Of a stretch of 64,000 bases of DNA, positions 62,952-64,000 are shown piece after piece (positions within the stretch are counted from its first letter, which is position 1; every line of letters begins with the position of its first letter). A model generated the notes under the pieces. It saw nothing but the letters and a program-made list of their open reading frames with translations. It searched no databases and was not told the origin of the DNA. The stretch comes from an uncultured bacterium. GTDB lineage: Bacteria; Patescibacteriota; Minisyncoccia; Minisyncoccales; UBA5738. A program made the translations under genes and the position numbers. The stretch is taken from NCBI GenBank assembly GCA_903847095.1, contig CAINCQ010000024.1, forward strand, positions 16,628 to 80,627. Reading direction: 5' to 3'.

Positions 62952-63566
62952 GTGTATTTGCAAATGGTAACACCAAGGCTTGGCGGAACCAAGATGGCGA
63001 TAGCGCGAAACGAGGGTTGTCGGATCTTCGCGGGAAGGATGGGCATGATTGTGCGTTTGCCCCTCATAAACAAGAGTGATGACGGCAATCGCTATAGAAT
63101 GCCTACATCCATAGGAATGGGAATTTTGCGGATCGAGGCAAGCGAACAAGGCGGCGCTACAAAAGACGCGGGCAGGGCAAGTGTTATTACCGATCCGCAG
63201 GGAAACAAGCTGGCCGCATTCCATTTGCCGGAAAATCCAAGACCTCTGGGGAGGCACGCCGATTTCTACCGGACAAAAGATCTTTTCGAAATAATGGCGC
63301 AATGGGGTCAATACGGTTCAGCACTGACCGTTTACAGATTATCGATCAAGAACGAAGAAAAGAATATTATTTTTCTTTCAAAGACCAAGGAGTTGGAGCT
63401 TGATTGGCATCAAGGATTCCAAGATCACGATTTGGAATTAGAGGGCAAGTTTAAATGCCTCTTACCGGCGGCGCGGGCGGCGATCGAAAAATCCCAGTGT
63501 CTGAAGTGCAATCATGGGCACTTCTTAAAAAACAATACCACTTTCAGGACACAGAGAAAATCCTAA
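62952..63566 (+). CDS. Hypothetical protein (204 aa)
   Basis: TTGACT-N16-TATAGA at 62864-62891. GGAG precedes the GTG start. C-terminal segment CLKCNHGH. Confidence 0.5.
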   Translation: MYLQMVTPRLGGTKMAIARNEGCRIFAGRMGMIVRLPLINKSDDGNRYRMPTSIGMGILRIEASEQGGATKDAGRASVITDPQGNKLAAFHLPENPRPLGRHADFYRTKDLFEIMAQWGQYGSALTVYRLSIKNEEKNIIFLSKTKELELDWHQGFQDHDLELEGKFKCLLPAARAAIEKSQCLKCNHGHFLKNNTTFRTQRKS

Positions 63567-63637
63567 AGTGGTCTTTTTTTACCGGACCCGCTGTTTAAAT
63601 ATTCCCGTAGCGAAAGTTTCATATTTGTTTTTGACGA

Positions 63638-63694
63638 TTTTATTGGCGGCATACCCCGTATGTCATGCATGGGGGTTTGAGCCAAGAGGATTCC
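63638..63694 (+). repeat. Repeat family 2 copy
   Basis: TTTTATTGGCGGCATACCCCGTATGTCATGCATGGGGGTTTGAGCCAAGAGGATTCC aligns with 6455-6510. Confidence 0.7.
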
Positions 63695-63811
63695 GGCTAG
63701 TTTGTTATTTAAAAGTGCTTGCCTGCTATGGCGAAGATAAGTACAATGGAGATTGTTGCCGGTCTAAAGAAGCGCGTCGATCGGCTTCTTGCGCGAAATA
63801 AACTATACCAT

Positions 63812-64000
63812 ATGGATAACTGCATATTTTGTAAAATAGCAAAAAGGGAAATACCGGCGGCCAGAATTTGGGAAGACGAAAATTTTCTGGCGATTCTTGA
63901 TGCCAGTCCCAATACCAGGGGAATGGCTTTGGTGATGCCTAAAAAACATTACGATTCTTACGTTTTCGATATGCCAAAAAACGATTACGCGGAATTTTTT
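63812..64000 (+). CDS. HIT-family (histidine triad) protein, N-terminal 63 aa; 3' end outside window
   Basis: MDNCIFCKIAKREIPAARIWEDENFLAILDASPNTRGMALVMPKKH is a typical HIT/HinT N-terminus. The HxHxH motif would lie beyond the window. Confidence 0.8.
   Translation, partial: MDNCIFCKIAKREIPAARIWEDENFLAILDASPNTRGMALVMPKKHYDSYVFDMPKNDYAEFF

Noticed and set aside
63568-63912. ORFs 63568-63801(+) and 63709-63912(-).
   Set aside because: The first overlaps a family-2 repeat copy and has no RBS. The second is antisense to the start of the well-supported HIT gene.
1-64000. Search for CRISPR arrays, rRNA, transposases, integrases, reverse transcriptases and phage structural genes.
   Set aside because: I saw no regularly spaced short repeats; the repeats present are 0.3-2 kb apart with genes between them. 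No translated ORF shows recombinase (R..H..R..Y), DDE, YxDD or capsid/terminase-like motifs that I can recognise. Absence is judged by eye only.

Overview
This is a 64-kb stretch of bacterial DNA, roughly 40-45% GC by eye, with no rRNA, CRISPR array, transposase, integrase or phage structural gene that I can recognise. The gene content suggests a reduced-genome, Patescibacteria/CPR-like organism: a trigger factor without a PPIase domain, a shortened PheT, a type IV pilus cluster, and many small secreted or Cys-rich orphan proteins. That is an inference, not a search result.

Layout:
- 1-8.3 kb is core: a partial acyl-CoA carboxyltransferase, nusA, tig, clpP, a secreted repeat protein and RNase Y.
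- 8.4-8.8 kb holds tRNA-Pro and tRNA-Gly on the minus strand. Each is followed by a hairpin element carrying a copy of its own 3' end.
- 9-21.5 kb holds a histidine kinase, a receiver protein and a type IV pilus assembly cluster: pilB, an HTH-membrane protein, pilC, three large prepilin-type proteins, pilM/N/O-like genes and a small membrane protein.
- 21.6-48 kb is accessory. After tRNA-Arg(TCT), and especially after tRNA-His(GTG) at 26.0 kb, there is a train of very short, mostly single-gene units. Cargo includes NUDIX, Cys-rich/zinc-ribbon proteins, small membrane proteins, a lipoprotein, a GC-rich APH-family kinase and a MoxR-AAA+/VWA pair. Each unit has its own sigma70-like promoter plus either a GGAGG RBS or an apparently leaderless start. 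The units are separated by a conserved plus-strand intergenic repeat family that resembles the 3' end and downstream flank of tRNA-His.
- 48-64 kb holds a P-type ATPase, an orphan 3-gene operon, a PG-binding secreted protein, a HAD hydrolase, pheS/pheT, four orphan ORFs, htrA, tRNA-Arg(CCT), another single-gene cassette bracketed by a second repeat family, and a partial HIT gene.

The most interesting signal is the tRNA-His-anchored, repeat-delimited cassette array with no recombinase in the window. Every functional call comes from reading motifs in the translations. No database search or structure computation was possible.
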